A stretch of 64,000 bases of DNA from an uncultured Microthrixaceae bacterium. Its GTDB lineage: Bacteria; Actinomycetota; Acidimicrobiia; Acidimicrobiales; CAVOFX01. The stretch spans positions 584-64,583 of the forward strand of contig CAVOFX010000006.1 in the NCBI GenBank assembly GCA_963695115.1. Reading direction: 5' to 3'. Positions 54,854 through 64,000 of the stretch are shown piece after piece. Each line of letters starts with the position of its first letter. Position 1 is the first letter of the stretch. The notes under the pieces were generated by a model, which saw only the letters and a program-made list of their open reading frames with translations, was not told the origin of the DNA and ran no database searches. The position numbers and the translations under genes are program-made.

Positions 54854-55680
54854 CCCGCCTCGCACCCCTCTGGGCCGCAAGGAGTCAGCTTCTGGGGATC
54901 CTGGCCCGGCAGCGTGTCGACCTGGCCCAACGGATCCAGCGGCTCGGGCACGTAGTCCTCCGGAACGAGCGAGAGGTAGATCGAGCCGCTCTGGGTCGCG
55001 CTGGCGATGAGCCGGGCCGCCGGGACCGGCACCGCGAACGTGATGAGGCCGCTCTGGACGGTGGACTCGGCCGCAGCCTCCTCACCCTCCGCTTCGGTCG
55101 TCTCTCCGGGCAGAGCCTCCGCCGTCTGGCCCACGGCGAGGATCGGCACCTCCTCGTACAGCATCTCGTAGCGCTGGTCGAAGAGCTGATCCTCCGCGCC
55201 TTCCTGCTCGGTGAGGTCCACCAGGTACATGATGTTGACCTCGTCACCGGGAGCCAGGAGGTTGGCCACGCCGGTGACCTGGTCCACCGACACCGTGACG
55301 GTCACCCACTCGGGATTCGTGAGGCGCCTGCGGAAGCCCGCGGCGGCATCGGCGGGATCCACGAACATGCTCTGTGTGATGGGGATCCCCGCCGGGATGT
55401 CGAACACCGCCACCTTCCCGTTGATCTGGGACAGCGTCGTGATCGCGTCCTGGGGCCTGAACTCCTGCGCGATCTGGCTGCTGACGATGAGGCCCTCGTC
55501 GGCCGCCAGCTCCCCGGGCGTGTCCCTGGGAACCGGTTCGGCCGCCTTGAAGACGTCGACGGGCTCCACGTCCGCCCGGATGTCGTCCTCGAGGCCGTTG
55601 ACGTAGTTGAACAGGGCGAACGCGGCCACCGCACCCAAGGCGATCGCCACGATCAGAATCAGAGTTCTCCTGGAGCTCAC
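54850..55680 (-). CDS. cpaB: Flp pilus assembly protein CpaB/RcpC (SAF domain)
   Basis: N-terminal TM (LILIVAIALGAVAAFALF). Its position and size are typical of CpaB. Confidence 0.75.
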   Translation of the reverse strand: MSSRRTLILIVAIALGAVAAFALFNYVNGLEDDIRADVEPVDVFKAAEPVPRDTPGELAADEGLIVSSQIAQEFRPQDAITTLSQINGKVAVFDIPAGIPITQSMFVDPADAAAGFRRRLTNPEWVTVTVSVDQVTGVANLLAPGDEVNIMYLVDLTEQEGAEDQLFDQRYEMLYEEVPILAVGQTAEALPGETTEAEGEEAAAESTVQSGLITFAVPVPAARLIASATQSGSIYLSLVPEDYVPEPLDPLGQVDTLPGQDPQKLTPCGPEGCEAG

Positions 55681-55836
55681 TCGAACCTCGTTCCCTCGCC
55701 GGCGAGAGGGCCGCCGGCCCTCACCGATAACCCAACTGGATGCTCATAATGGCAGAAACCGCGCCGCGGCGTGCCCACGACTCGATCCCCCCTCTCCATT
55801 CGGCTCGATCAACTCTGCCTTGAGCCGTCGTGCAAC

Positions 55837-57240
55837 TCAGGACCCGCCAGCCTCCGCAGATCCGGGCTGCTCGTTGCCTTCTGCCCCCGATCCGGCCTCT
55901 GGCGCATCCTCGGTCCCCGTTGAAGGCGGCACCTCGACCGGCTCCTCCCCCGCGGACCCGCTCTCCCCGACTTCCGTCCCCTCCGCGCCCTCCGGTCCGG
56001 CAGGGGCCGCCTCGACGGAGGGCCCGTCGCCCTCCACGTCGGCTTCCCCGACCGGCCCTATGTACTGACCCTCTTCGTCGTACGCGTGCTCCCCGAAGTG
56101 CTCCTGGTACTCGGCGGCGACCACCCCGCCCTCGGCGGCCTGCTTGATCGACAGGCTGATCCGGCGCCGCTGCAGGTCCAGGTCGATGATCTTGACCCAG
56201 AGCTCCTCGCCCGGCGTCACCACCTGTTCGGGGAGGTCGATGTGGTGCGCCGACATCTCCGAGATGTGCACCAGGCCCTCGATCCCGTCACCGACCTGGA
56301 CGAAGGCACCGAACGGCACCAGCTTCGTGACCCGCCCGTAGACCAGCTCGTCGACGCGGTGGGTCGTGGCGAACTCCTGCCAGGGATCCTGCTGGGTGGC
56401 CTTCAAGGAGAGGCTGATCCGCTCCCGGTCGAGGTCGACCTCGAGCACCTGGACCTCGATCTCGTCGCCCACCTGGACGACCTGGCTCGGGTGGTCGACG
56501 TGCTTCCAGGACAACTCGGACACGTGGACCAGGCCGTCCATCCCGCCCAGGTCCACGAAGGCCCCGAAGTTCACCACCGAGGAGACGACGCCCTTCCTCG
56601 CCTCGCCGGGCTTCAGGTTCTCGAGGAACTCCTCGCGCTGCTCCCTCTGGGTCTCCTCCAGCCACGCGTGGCGTGACAGCACGACGTTGTTGCGGTTCCG
56701 ATCCAGCTCGATGATCTTGGCATCGAGCTTGCGCCCCACGTAGGGCTGGAGATCCCGCACCCGCCGGAGCTCCACCAACGACGCCGGCAGGAACCCACGG
56801 AGCCCGATGTCAACGATGAGGCCGCCCTTGACGACCTCGATGACGTCACCGGCGACCACACCGTCCTCGTCCTTCACCTTCTCGATGGCACCCCAGGCCC
56901 GCTCGTACTGCGCCCTCTTCTTGGAGAGGAGGAGCCGGCCCTCCTTGTCCTCCTTCTGGAGGACGAGGGCCTCGATCTTCTGCCCGGGGGCGACGACCTC
57001 ACCCGGGTCCACGTCGTTGCGGATCGAGAGCTCCCGAGAGGGGATCACACCCTCCGACTTGTACCCGATGTCGAGCAGGACCTCGTCCTGATCCACCTTG
57101 ACGACGGTTCCCTCGACGATCTGCCCGTCGTCCACGTCGACCATCGTGGCGGCGTACGCCTCGTCCAACGACATCCCCCCGAGGTCGTTCTCGACGATCG
57201 TGCGGGGGCGGTACTCCCCCGCCTCGTCGAAGGTCCCCAT
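55837..57240 (-). CDS. rpsA: 30S ribosomal protein S1; start approximate
   Basis: Repeated S1 domains: GQIVEGTVVKVDQDEVLLDIGYKSEGVIPSRELS, GDVIEVVKGGLIVDIGLRGFLPAS and others. It has an acidic C-terminal tail. Confidence 0.9.
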   Translation of the reverse strand: MGTFDEAGEYRPRTIVENDLGGMSLDEAYAATMVDVDDGQIVEGTVVKVDQDEVLLDIGYKSEGVIPSRELSIRNDVDPGEVVAPGQKIEALVLQKEDKEGRLLLSKKRAQYERAWGAIEKVKDEDGVVAGDVIEVVKGGLIVDIGLRGFLPASLVELRRVRDLQPYVGRKLDAKIIELDRNRNNVVLSRHAWLEETQREQREEFLENLKPGEARKGVVSSVVNFGAFVDLGGMDGLVHVSELSWKHVDHPSQVVQVGDEIEVQVLEVDLDRERISLSLKATQQDPWQEFATTHRVDELVYGRVTKLVPFGAFVQVGDGIEGLVHISEMSAHHIDLPEQVVTPGEELWVKIIDLDLQRRRISLSIKQAAEGGVVAAEYQEHFGEHAYDEEGQYIGPVGEADVEGDGPSVEAAPAGPEGAEGTEVGESGSAGEEPVEVPPSTGTEDAPEAGSGAEGNEQPGSAEAGGS

Positions 57241-57488
57241 CGGGGCAGCGGAGGTGGTGAGCGGAGTTGGGCTGGCGGACTCGGACAAGGTGTCGGCTTT
57301 CTCGTAGGGATCCGCGGCCCTCCTCCGGACCACGGCGACATGTGGAGGGTCCACATGTACCGGCCGAGCAGCCTAGCGGGTCCACTCCGACTCCGACGAT
57401 CCGACATGCACCCGGCGCTGATGCCCGGGACGTATCCTTGACTCCGGACCGCCGCCTCCCGCCCGGTCACCGACCCCGAGCGCCGAGC

Positions 57489-57659
57489 ATGAGAAGAATC
57501 ACCCGCCCACTCGGAACGATCCTCATGGTCGGCCTGATCGTGTACGTGCTGGTGGCCGGGGGGATCGCCTTCACCACCCTGGACGACTGCGGCAAGGGCG
57601 CCCCGAAGCACTGGTCGTTCATCCCGCCCGAGTGGGTCTGCGACCGCCCCGTGCGGTGA
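57489..57659 (+). CDS. Small membrane protein (56 aa), hypothetical
   Basis: MRRITRPLGTILMVGLIVYVLVAGGIAF forms a TM helix, followed by a Cys-containing tail. Confidence 0.35.
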   Translation: MRRITRPLGTILMVGLIVYVLVAGGIAFTTLDDCGKGAPKHWSFIPPEWVCDRPVR

Positions 57660-57714
57660 CGCCCGCTGCGGGCGGTCCCCTGCAGGCCTCATCGACACCG
57701 CCTCGGCCCCGTCG

Positions 57715-58473
57715 ATGAGCCCTCACTGGTTCCAGCCCGTCGCGGAGCACCTGGGTGAGGCCTACCTCCGCTACTCCTTCACGAGGGGAACGGTCCAGGA
57801 GGTCGAGTTCCTCTGCCGCGAGCTCGCGCTCGAGCCCGGGGACCGCGTCCTCGACCTGGGCTGCGGTCCGGGCCGCCACTCCGCAGCGCTCGCCGAGCGG
57901 TCGGTCGAGGTGGTCGGGATCGACGTCTCGAGCCGCTTCCTGAGCGTGGCCCGGGACCGCGCCCCCTCCCTGGCGCAGTTCGTCTGTGCCGACGCCCGGG
58001 CGCTCCCTCTCAGGGGTGGATTCGACGCGGTCATCTCGCTCTGCCAGGGCGCGTTCGGACTCGGCGGACCGGTGTTCCGGCACGGCGAGGATCGGTCCGC
58101 CCCGCCTCCCGGGCCTGACCCCGACGAGATGATCCTCGCCCAGGTGGCATCCGCGCTGCGGCCCGGTGGCCGCCTGGCGCTGACGGCCTTCTCGGCCTAC
58201 TTCCAGGTGAAGGGCCTCGAGGAGGGCGACGAGTTCGACCCCGCTACCGGCCTGAACCGAGAGAGCACCAGCGTTCGTGATCCTTCAGGCGAGGAGTTGG
58301 AGGTCGATCTGTGGACGACGTGCTTCACCCCACGGGAGCTGCGTCTCCTCGCCGAGCGCTCCGGCCTGCGGGTGCTCCACATCTGGGCGGTGCGTCCGGC
58401 CGGCTACGGGCGGCGGCCACCCGACCTCGAGCACCCGGAGCTCCTGCTCATGGCCGAGAGGCCGGCTGGCTGA
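57715..58473 (+). CDS. Class I SAM-dependent methyltransferase
   Basis: VLDLGCGPGRHS motif I and VVGIDVS. Confidence 0.7.
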   Translation: MSPHWFQPVAEHLGEAYLRYSFTRGTVQEVEFLCRELALEPGDRVLDLGCGPGRHSAALAERSVEVVGIDVSSRFLSVARDRAPSLAQFVCADARALPLRGGFDAVISLCQGAFGLGGPVFRHGEDRSAPPPGPDPDEMILAQVASALRPGGRLALTAFSAYFQVKGLEEGDEFDPATGLNRESTSVRDPSGEELEVDLWTTCFTPRELRLLAERSGLRVLHIWAVRPAGYGRRPPDLEHPELLLMAERPAG

Positions 58474-61167
58474 TCAAGCCTTCGCCTCGGCCCAGCTGGA
58501 GCCGAAGGCCAGGTTCACCTCGAGGGGGACGCGGAGCTCGAACGCACCACGCATCGCGTCGAGCGTCAGCTCCGTGACCGGATCGCGCTCCTCCGGCGGA
58601 ACCTCGAGGATCACCTCGTCGTGCACCTGGAGGACCAGTCGGCTCTCCACGCCGACCCGCTCGAGGCTCCGATCGAGGCGCACGAGGGCGACCTTGAAGA
58701 TGTCCGCGGCGAGTCCCTGGATCCCCGCGTTCATGGCCTGTCGCTCACCTGCCTGGCGTATCCGGTAGTTCGAGGAGCTGAGCTCGGGGATCATCCTCCG
58801 TCTGCCGAAGAGGGTCTCGGTGTAGCCCCTCCCACGTGCTTCGGCCACCGTTCGGTCCATGTACGCGTGCACCGCGGGGAACGCCTCGAAGTAGGCGTCC
58901 AGGATCTCCTGGGCCTCGTCGGTCGGGATCGCCAACCGCTGCGCCAACCCGTACGCCTCCATCCCGTACGCCAGGCCGTAGGAGACCATCTTCGCCTTGG
59001 AGCGCTGCTCGAGCGTGACGCTCCCGGGGTCCACCCCGAACACCCTCGCGGCGGTGGCCTGATGGATGTCCGTGCCGGACTCGAACGCCGCGATCAGGCC
59101 CGGATCCTCCGCGAGGTGGGCGATGCAGCGCAGCTCGATCTGGTTGTAGTCGGCGATCAGGAGCTCGAAGCCCTCGCCTGGAACGAACGCACGCCGGAAC
59201 GCCCGGCCCTCCTGGCTGCGGACCGGGATGTTGTGGAGGTTCGGCCTGTCCGAGCTGAGCCGACCGGTCCGCGCGACCGTCTGGTTGAAGGTGGCGTGGA
59301 TCCGCCCGTCAGGTGCGACCTCGCTCAGCAGGCCCTCCCCGTAGGTCGATCGGAGCTTCTCCACCTCCCGGTACCTGAGGAGGTGTTCGACGATGGGGTG
59401 CTCACCGCGCAGCCTCTCGAGGGAGGCGGCATCGGTCGAGTATCCGGTCTTGGTCTTCTTCTGCGGTGCGAGGCCGAGCCTCTGGAAGAGGATCTCGCGG
59501 AGCTGGGGCGTGGAGTTGACGTTGAACTCCTCGCCTGCGTCGGCCCATATGCGCTCGGTGAGCTCGGCGGCCTCGCTCCTCAGGCGCTCGTTCAGCGCTC
59601 TCAGCTCCTCGACGTCCACTCCGACGCCGACGTGCTCCATCTTGGCCAGCACCCCGACGAGCGGCACCTCGACCTCGTCGTTGAGGCGCGACAGCCCTTG
59701 GAGCTCCAGGTTGCCCCGGAGGGGCTCCACGAGGAGCGCCACCGCGAGCGCCTCCGCGCCGGTCCCGGTGGCGATGTCGAGCTCATCGTCGGGGGCGGCG
59801 CCCGACAGGGAGAGCTGCCCGGGCCCAGGCGCTTCGCCAGACGGGAGCTCGCGCTCGGCGTATCGAGCCACCAGATCCCCCAACGGGTAGCCGCTCTCCC
59901 CCGGGCTCAGCAGGTACGCCGCGATCATCGTGTCCAGCGACAGTGCGCCGAGCCCTCGTCCTCTGCCGATCAGCCACTTCGCCAGCGGCTTGGCGTCGTG
60001 CATCGCCAGTTGCCGCCCGCTGTCGTCCAGCAGCGCCGAGACAGCCTCCTCCACCCCCGCATCCCCGAGCAGCTCCGCTGGGATCCACAGCACGTCGCCT
60101 GCGTCGGGGTCGCGCACCACCGCCAGCCCGGATGGGACCTCGTCCCAGCGAGCCTCCTTCCACGCCGCGGCCACGAAGAGCCAGGGCCGCCTGGCCTCCA
60201 GCAGCGCGTCGAGAGCATCTACCGCCTCGGCGGGGGTGCCCACCCTGGTGACCTCGGCCACCACGACCTCGGATGTCCCGGAGACGGAGCCGGCGCCGGC
60301 GCCGGCCGCCTCCCTCAGACGGTCGTACAGGGAGTGGAACTCCAGGAAGTCGAAGAGCTCCTGGATCTCGTCGAAGTCCAGCTCACCGAGGTGCAGCTCC
60401 GCGGGCGCCACACCCAGGTCCAGATCCCTCCTGAGCTGCATGATCTCGGCATTGCTCCGCACCTGCTCCTCGTGGCTGCGCAGGTTCTCCCTCAGCTTCG
60501 GGGTCTGCGCGTCCAGGTGCTCGTAGATGCCGTCGATCCCTCCGTAGCCGTTGATCAGCTTGGCGGCGGTCTTCTCCCCCACTCCGGGCACCCCGGGCAG
60601 GTTGTCCGAAGGATCACCGCGCAAGGCCGCGTACTGGACGTAGTCCCGGGGCGCCACACCGGTGCGCTCCTCGATCCCCGCCTCGTCGTACAGGACGTAG
60701 TCCGAGACGCCTCGCTTGTTGTACAGGACGCGGACCGCAGGATCCTCCACCAGCTGGAAGGCGTCGCGGTCCCCGGTGACGATCAGGACCTGACGACCCG
60801 CGTCCCGCGCCTGGGTCGCCAGGGTCGCGATGACGTCATCAGCCTCGAAGCCCGCCATCTCCAGCACCGGGATCCCCAGGGTCTCGACCACCTGCCGCAC
60901 GAGACCCATCTGCTGGCGAAGGATGTCCGGCGCAGCCTCTCGGTTGGCCTTGTACTCGGCCACCGCCTCGTGGCGGAAGGTCGGCTCGGGGCGATCGAAG
61001 GCCACGGCGATGCCGTCAGGTCGATGGTCCCTCAGGAGGTTCACCAGCATCGAGGTGAACCCGTACACCGCGTTCGTGACCTGACCGCTGGCGGTGGCCA
61101 GGTCCGTCGGAAGGGCGAAGAAGGCGCGGTAGGTGAGCGAGTTGCCGTCGATGAGCATCAGCGCCAC
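58474..61167 (-). CDS. polA: DNA polymerase I
   Basis: 5'-nuclease N-terminus (LIDGNSLTYRAFFAL), and polymerase motifs DYNQIELR and QVHDEVILE. Intact 897-aa ORF. Confidence 0.95.
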   Translation of the reverse strand: MALMLIDGNSLTYRAFFALPTDLATASGQVTNAVYGFTSMLVNLLRDHRPDGIAVAFDRPEPTFRHEAVAEYKANREAAPDILRQQMGLVRQVVETLGIPVLEMAGFEADDVIATLATQARDAGRQVLIVTGDRDAFQLVEDPAVRVLYNKRGVSDYVLYDEAGIEERTGVAPRDYVQYAALRGDPSDNLPGVPGVGEKTAAKLINGYGGIDGIYEHLDAQTPKLRENLRSHEEQVRSNAEIMQLRRDLDLGVAPAELHLGELDFDEIQELFDFLEFHSLYDRLREAAGAGAGSVSGTSEVVVAEVTRVGTPAEAVDALDALLEARRPWLFVAAAWKEARWDEVPSGLAVVRDPDAGDVLWIPAELLGDAGVEEAVSALLDDSGRQLAMHDAKPLAKWLIGRGRGLGALSLDTMIAAYLLSPGESGYPLGDLVARYAERELPSGEAPGPGQLSLSGAAPDDELDIATGTGAEALAVALLVEPLRGNLELQGLSRLNDEVEVPLVGVLAKMEHVGVGVDVEELRALNERLRSEAAELTERIWADAGEEFNVNSTPQLREILFQRLGLAPQKKTKTGYSTDAASLERLRGEHPIVEHLLRYREVEKLRSTYGEGLLSEVAPDGRIHATFNQTVARTGRLSSDRPNLHNIPVRSQEGRAFRRAFVPGEGFELLIADYNQIELRCIAHLAEDPGLIAAFESGTDIHQATAARVFGVDPGSVTLEQRSKAKMVSYGLAYGMEAYGLAQRLAIPTDEAQEILDAYFEAFPAVHAYMDRTVAEARGRGYTETLFGRRRMIPELSSSNYRIRQAGERQAMNAGIQGLAADIFKVALVRLDRSLERVGVESRLVLQVHDEVILEVPPEERDPVTELTLDAMRGAFELRVPLEVNLAFGSSWAEAKA

Positions 61168-61188
61168 GCGGGCAACTCTACGAGAGGC

Positions 61189-61767
61189 TCAGGGACACCC
61201 CCGCGTACCGTCCAGGATCTCCTCGGCCACCTGCCTCATGGGGATGCGCTCGCTCATGGCCGTCGTCTGCAGGTGGCGGAACGACTCGGCCTCGCTCATC
61301 CCGTGCCTGTCCATCAGCAGCCCCTTCGCCCGGTCCAGGAGCTTCCGGGCCTCCAGCCGCTCGTCCAACGACGCCGCCTGCTCGTGGAGCGCGCGCAGCT
61401 CCGCGAACCGCCCGAGTGCCATCTCGATCGCGGGGATCAGGTCGCTGCGCTCGAACGGCTTCACCAGGTAGGCCGATGCCCCCGCGTCGCGAGCCTCCTC
61501 CACCAGGTCACGCTGGCTGAAGGCCGTCAGGATGAGCACCGCAGCCATGCGCTCCCCGGCGACCCGCCGGGCGACCTGGAGCCCGTCCATCCCCGGCATC
61601 TTCAGATCGAGGATCGCGAGATCCGGGCGCAGCTCCTCCACGAGCCTGAGGGCCTCGTCGCCGCGGCCGGTCTCCCCTACGACCTCATAGCCCTCCTCCT
61701 CGAGGATCTCCTTGACATCGAGCCTGATGATGGCCTCGTCCTCGGCGATGATGACCGTGGTGCTCAC
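61189..61767 (-). CDS. ANTAR-domain response regulator (PdtaR-like)
   Basis: Receiver domain (VIIAEDEAIIRLD...AILDLKMPGMDG...K) plus ANTAR (ERLEARKLLDRAKGLLMDRHGMSEAESFRHLQTTAM). Confidence 0.85.
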   Translation of the reverse strand: MSTTVIIAEDEAIIRLDVKEILEEEGYEVVGETGRGDEALRLVEELRPDLAILDLKMPGMDGLQVARRVAGERMAAVLILTAFSQRDLVEEARDAGASAYLVKPFERSDLIPAIEMALGRFAELRALHEQAASLDERLEARKLLDRAKGLLMDRHGMSEAESFRHLQTTAMSERIPMRQVAEEILDGTRGCP

Positions 61768-61912
61768 GAGCTCTGCCCCTTTCCGAACCGGCAATGTATC
61801 CGTCCGCACCCGCCCACCACCGGGCCGTACCCCTGGCCGCACCCCCCGTCACGACTCCGGTGGATCCTCCGCCCGGAGCTCCCATCTCGGCGCTGGCTCC
61901 TACACTCCGCAC

Positions 61913-62209
61913 ATGAACCGCGGGGCCATCGAGCGCCGCCTGTCGGAGATCGCGACGCGGCTGAAGAGCCTTCGGGCCGAGCTGGACGTCGCCGACGAAC
62001 AGCTCCGTCACCTCGCGGACCTGGCGGACGACTCCCGCCTCCGATCACTCGTCTCCGAGACCCCCCTCGCCTCCAGGGAGCACCAGGAGGCGGAACGGCA
62101 CGCAGAGGCCATGCGGCGGCATCGTGCCGAGGTCACGGCGGAGATCGACGAGCTGGAGCAGCGCCAGGACGAGCTGTTGGACCGCCTCATCTCCCACCTG
62201 CACGGCTGA
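61913..62209 (+). CDS. Small coiled-coil hypothetical protein (98 aa)
   Basis: Heptad-like charged sequence: RLKSLRAELDVADEQLRHLADL...EIDELEQRQDELLDRL. Confidence 0.4.
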   Translation: MNRGAIERRLSEIATRLKSLRAELDVADEQLRHLADLADDSRLRSLVSETPLASREHQEAERHAEAMRRHRAEVTAEIDELEQRQDELLDRLISHLHG

Positions 62210-62285
62210 TCTCCGGCGACGCTGTCGCCCGGCCGGCTCGCCGCTCAGGAGCGATTGCGGCTGGGCTGTAGCGTGGCCGTTCAGA

Positions 62286-62371
62286 GCGGCGGTGCTGGAA
62301 CTGGTAGACAGGGCAGGCTCAAACCCTGCTGTCCTGCAAGGGACGTGTGGGTTCGAATCCCACCCGCCGCA
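62286..62371 (+). tRNA. tRNA-Leu(CAA)
   Basis: Manual fold: acceptor GCGGCGG/CCGCCGC, anticodon stem GCAGG/CCTGC with loop CTCAAAC (anticodon CAA), long variable arm, T-arm GTGGG-TTCGAAT-CCCAC. Confidence 0.9.
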
Positions 62372-62649
62372 CGGTGCCTGAACCCGAAAGCCCAACGACC
62401 CGGTGGATCCGACGACTCCTCTTCATCGCTGTCCCCGTGACCACCATCGCGGCGCTGAGAGCCTGGCTGTTCGCCCGGCGGCGTCCCTCCTCCCCCCTGG
62501 CCCGAGACCGGAGCTCGCTCGGGGCCTCTGGCGATGATGTACGCAGGTAGCGGACGCGGCGCATCACCGGGATGTGCCGGTCTTGAAACCTCGGCCACCC
62601 CGCTCGGGTCAGAGAGCCGAGCGCGCAGGAAAGGGTCGCCACCCGCCCG

Positions 62650-63825
62650 ATGATCTGCTTCACCTTCCCCGGCCAGGGATCCCAGGCACCCTGCATGGGC
62701 GCGCCGTGGCGAGACCACCCGTCATGGGAGCTGGTCCGCGAGGCGTGCGAGGTGACGGGGCGCGACGTCGAGCACCTCCTCCTGACGGCCGACGCCGCCG
62801 AGCTGACCGCCACCAGGAACAGCCAGCTCGCCACCTTCGTGCTCAGCCTGGTTGCCCTGGACGCCGTCGAGAGGATCGGCGTGGCACCGGCGCGGGCAGC
62901 GGGCCACAGCCTCGGCGAGTACACGGCTCTGGTCGCGGCCGGCTCGCTCAGCTTCGAGGAGGGGGTGGGGCTGGTCTGCGAGCGCGGCGATGCCATGCAG
63001 GCCGCCGCCGAGGCCTCCGAGGGAACCATGGCGGCCGTGATCGGTCTGGACGACGACCAGGTGGCGGTGGCCTGTGTGGCGACCGGAGGCGATGTCTGGG
63101 TGGCCAACTTCAACGCACCCGGCCAAGTGGTCATCGCGGGCAGCCCCATCGACGTGGGCCGCGCCGCCGACGCCGCCAAGAGGCTCGGCGCCAAGAAGAC
63201 GCTCCCACTGCCGGTCGGAGGCGCCTTCCACACCCCTTTCATGGCGCCCGCCCGCGAGCGTCTCGAGAAGGCGGTGGCCGGGGTCGAGCTCCGTGCTCCC
63301 GATGTCCCGGTGATCGCCAACGTCGACGGGGCTCCCCATGTCCAGGCGGACGAGTGGCCGGACCTGCTCACCACCCAGCTCACCGCACCCGTCCAGTGGA
63401 GGAAGAGCGTCCACCACCTCGCGGACGAGGGTGCCGCCGTCTTCGTCGAGATCGGTCCGGGAAAGGTGCTCACGGGGCTCACCAAGCGGACAGCACCCGG
63501 CTCGACCGCGCTCAGGGTCTCCGAGCCCGGTCATCTCGACGCCCTCCTGGAAGGCCTGGCCCAGCCCGGTGCGGCCGGGCGCGGGGACGAGGGTGAGGGG
63601 CTGTTCATCAGCGAGCGCCTCGTGGTCGCCCCGGCTGCCGGCGTCTTCCGTCCCCGGCCGGAGGTGACGGCCGGCGCCCGACTCGCCCCGGGGGACCTGA
63701 TCGGCCTGGTGAACGGCGAGGAGGTCCGCTCCCCCTTCCCGGGCGAGCTGAAGGGTGTGCTCGCGGTCGACGGCGAGCGCGTCGTGACGAGCCAGCCCCT
63801 CGCCTGGCTTCGGACCGACTCGTGA
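62650..63825 (+). CDS. fabD: Malonyl-CoA:ACP transacylase with an ~80-aa C-terminal biotinyl/lipoyl-like extension
   Basis: FPGQGSQ and GHSLGEY active-site motifs. The extra C-terminal part is VVAPAAGVF...[40 protein letters not shown]. Confidence 0.85.
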   Translation: MICFTFPGQGSQAPCMGAPWRDHPSWELVREACEVTGRDVEHLLLTADAAELTATRNSQLATFVLSLVALDAVERIGVAPARAAGHSLGEYTALVAAGSLSFEEGVGLVCERGDAMQAAAEASEGTMAAVIGLDDDQVAVACVATGGDVWVANFNAPGQVVIAGSPIDVGRAADAAKRLGAKKTLPLPVGGAFHTPFMAPARERLEKAVAGVELRAPDVPVIANVDGAPHVQADEWPDLLTTQLTAPVQWRKSVHHLADEGAAVFVEIGPGKVLTGLTKRTAPGSTALRVSEPGHLDALLEGLAQPGAAGRGDEGEGLFISERLVVAPAAGVFRPRPEVTAGARLAPGDLIGLVNGEEVRSPFPGELKGVLAVDGERVVTSQPLAWLRTDS

Positions 63826-64000
63826 GACCACACGGACCCGGCCTACGGGTGTCCGGATGGGGCGTCGCGCTCCCGGACAAGACCGTCACCAACACCGACC
63901 TGGCCGCAAGGCTCGACACGAGCGACGAGTGGATTCGGGAGCGCACCGGGATCCGCGAGCGGCGGATCGGGCACAGCACCGCTGCCCTGGCAGCCGAAGC
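63822..64000 (+). CDS. fabH: Beta-ketoacyl-ACP synthase III (5' part; continues beyond the window)
   Basis: GTG overlaps the fabD stop. The peptide [41 protein letters not shown] is a typical FabH N-terminus. Confidence 0.8.
   Translation, partial: MRPHGPGLRVSGWGVALPDKTVTNTDLAARLDTSDEWIRERTGIRERRIGHSTAALAAE

Noticed and set aside
55693-55708. 16-bp palindrome ccctcgccggcgaggg between rpsA and cpaB
   Set aside because: It could be a weak terminator or operator, but it has no loop and no T-tract. It is too short to call.
58621-62271. 1216-aa plus-strand ORF
   Set aside because: It is antisense to polA and the ANTAR regulator. The R/G/P/V-rich composition is typical of off-frame ORFs in high-GC DNA, and no motifs are present. 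The minus-strand genes explain the region.
62281-63831. Minus-strand ORFs 62319-63485 and 62722-63831
   Set aside because: They are antisense to tRNA-Leu(CAA) and to the motif-rich fabD. They are shadow ORFs.

Overview
This is a high-GC, Actinomycetota-like chromosome segment. All calls rest on reading motifs in the supplied translations and DNA; no searches were run.

The window splits into two parts.

(A) ~1-27.3 kb is a composite, heavily decayed genomic island at the 3' end of a tRNA-Leu(GAG) gene (27179-27262, minus strand).
- The last ~21 nt of the tRNA recur as direct repeats at 3274-3294 and 10936-10957. This delimits two tandemly accreted integrative elements.
- Element B (3.3-11.0 kb) carries a secreted metalloprotease, a lipoprotein, a multiply frameshifted MobF/TrwC relaxase-helicase, a 1.3-kb non-coding stretch full of 12-bp-periodic GTCCCGG repeats, and a frameshifted large serine recombinase.
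- Element A (11.0-27.2 kb) carries unknown genes, a decayed XhoI/PaeR7I-like restriction-modification pair, a second decayed MobF relaxase, a wHTH gene and a decayed tyrosine integrase.
- Next to the tRNA, element A also has a much better preserved defence-like cassette: a small ORF, a ~1160-aa SIR2-domain protein and a GmrSD-type DUF262/DUF1524 nuclease.
- Left of the island lie an acetoacetate-decarboxylase-family gene and an acyl-CoA dehydrogenase fragment. The fragment is truncated by a bizarre ~527-bp A-free polypyrimidine low-complexity block (1412-1938).
- Left of that block is a decayed inverted copy of the protease/lipoprotein module.

(B) 27.3-64 kb is housekeeping core.
- Genes present: peptide-type ABC binding protein, secG-tpiA-pgk-gap, rapZ, uvrC, uvrA, uvrB, coaE, rpsA, polA, an ANTAR regulator, tRNA-Leu(CAA), fabD and fabH.
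- A Flp/Tad pilus locus (two flp pilins, tadC, vWA-tadB, tadA, tadZ, cpaB) is wedged between coaE and rpsA. Three of its genes carry single-base frameshifts.

The most interesting candidates are the SIR2/GmrSD cassette, the 12-bp repeat arrays, the tRNA-repeat accretion structure and the low-complexity block (possibly an assembly artefact).
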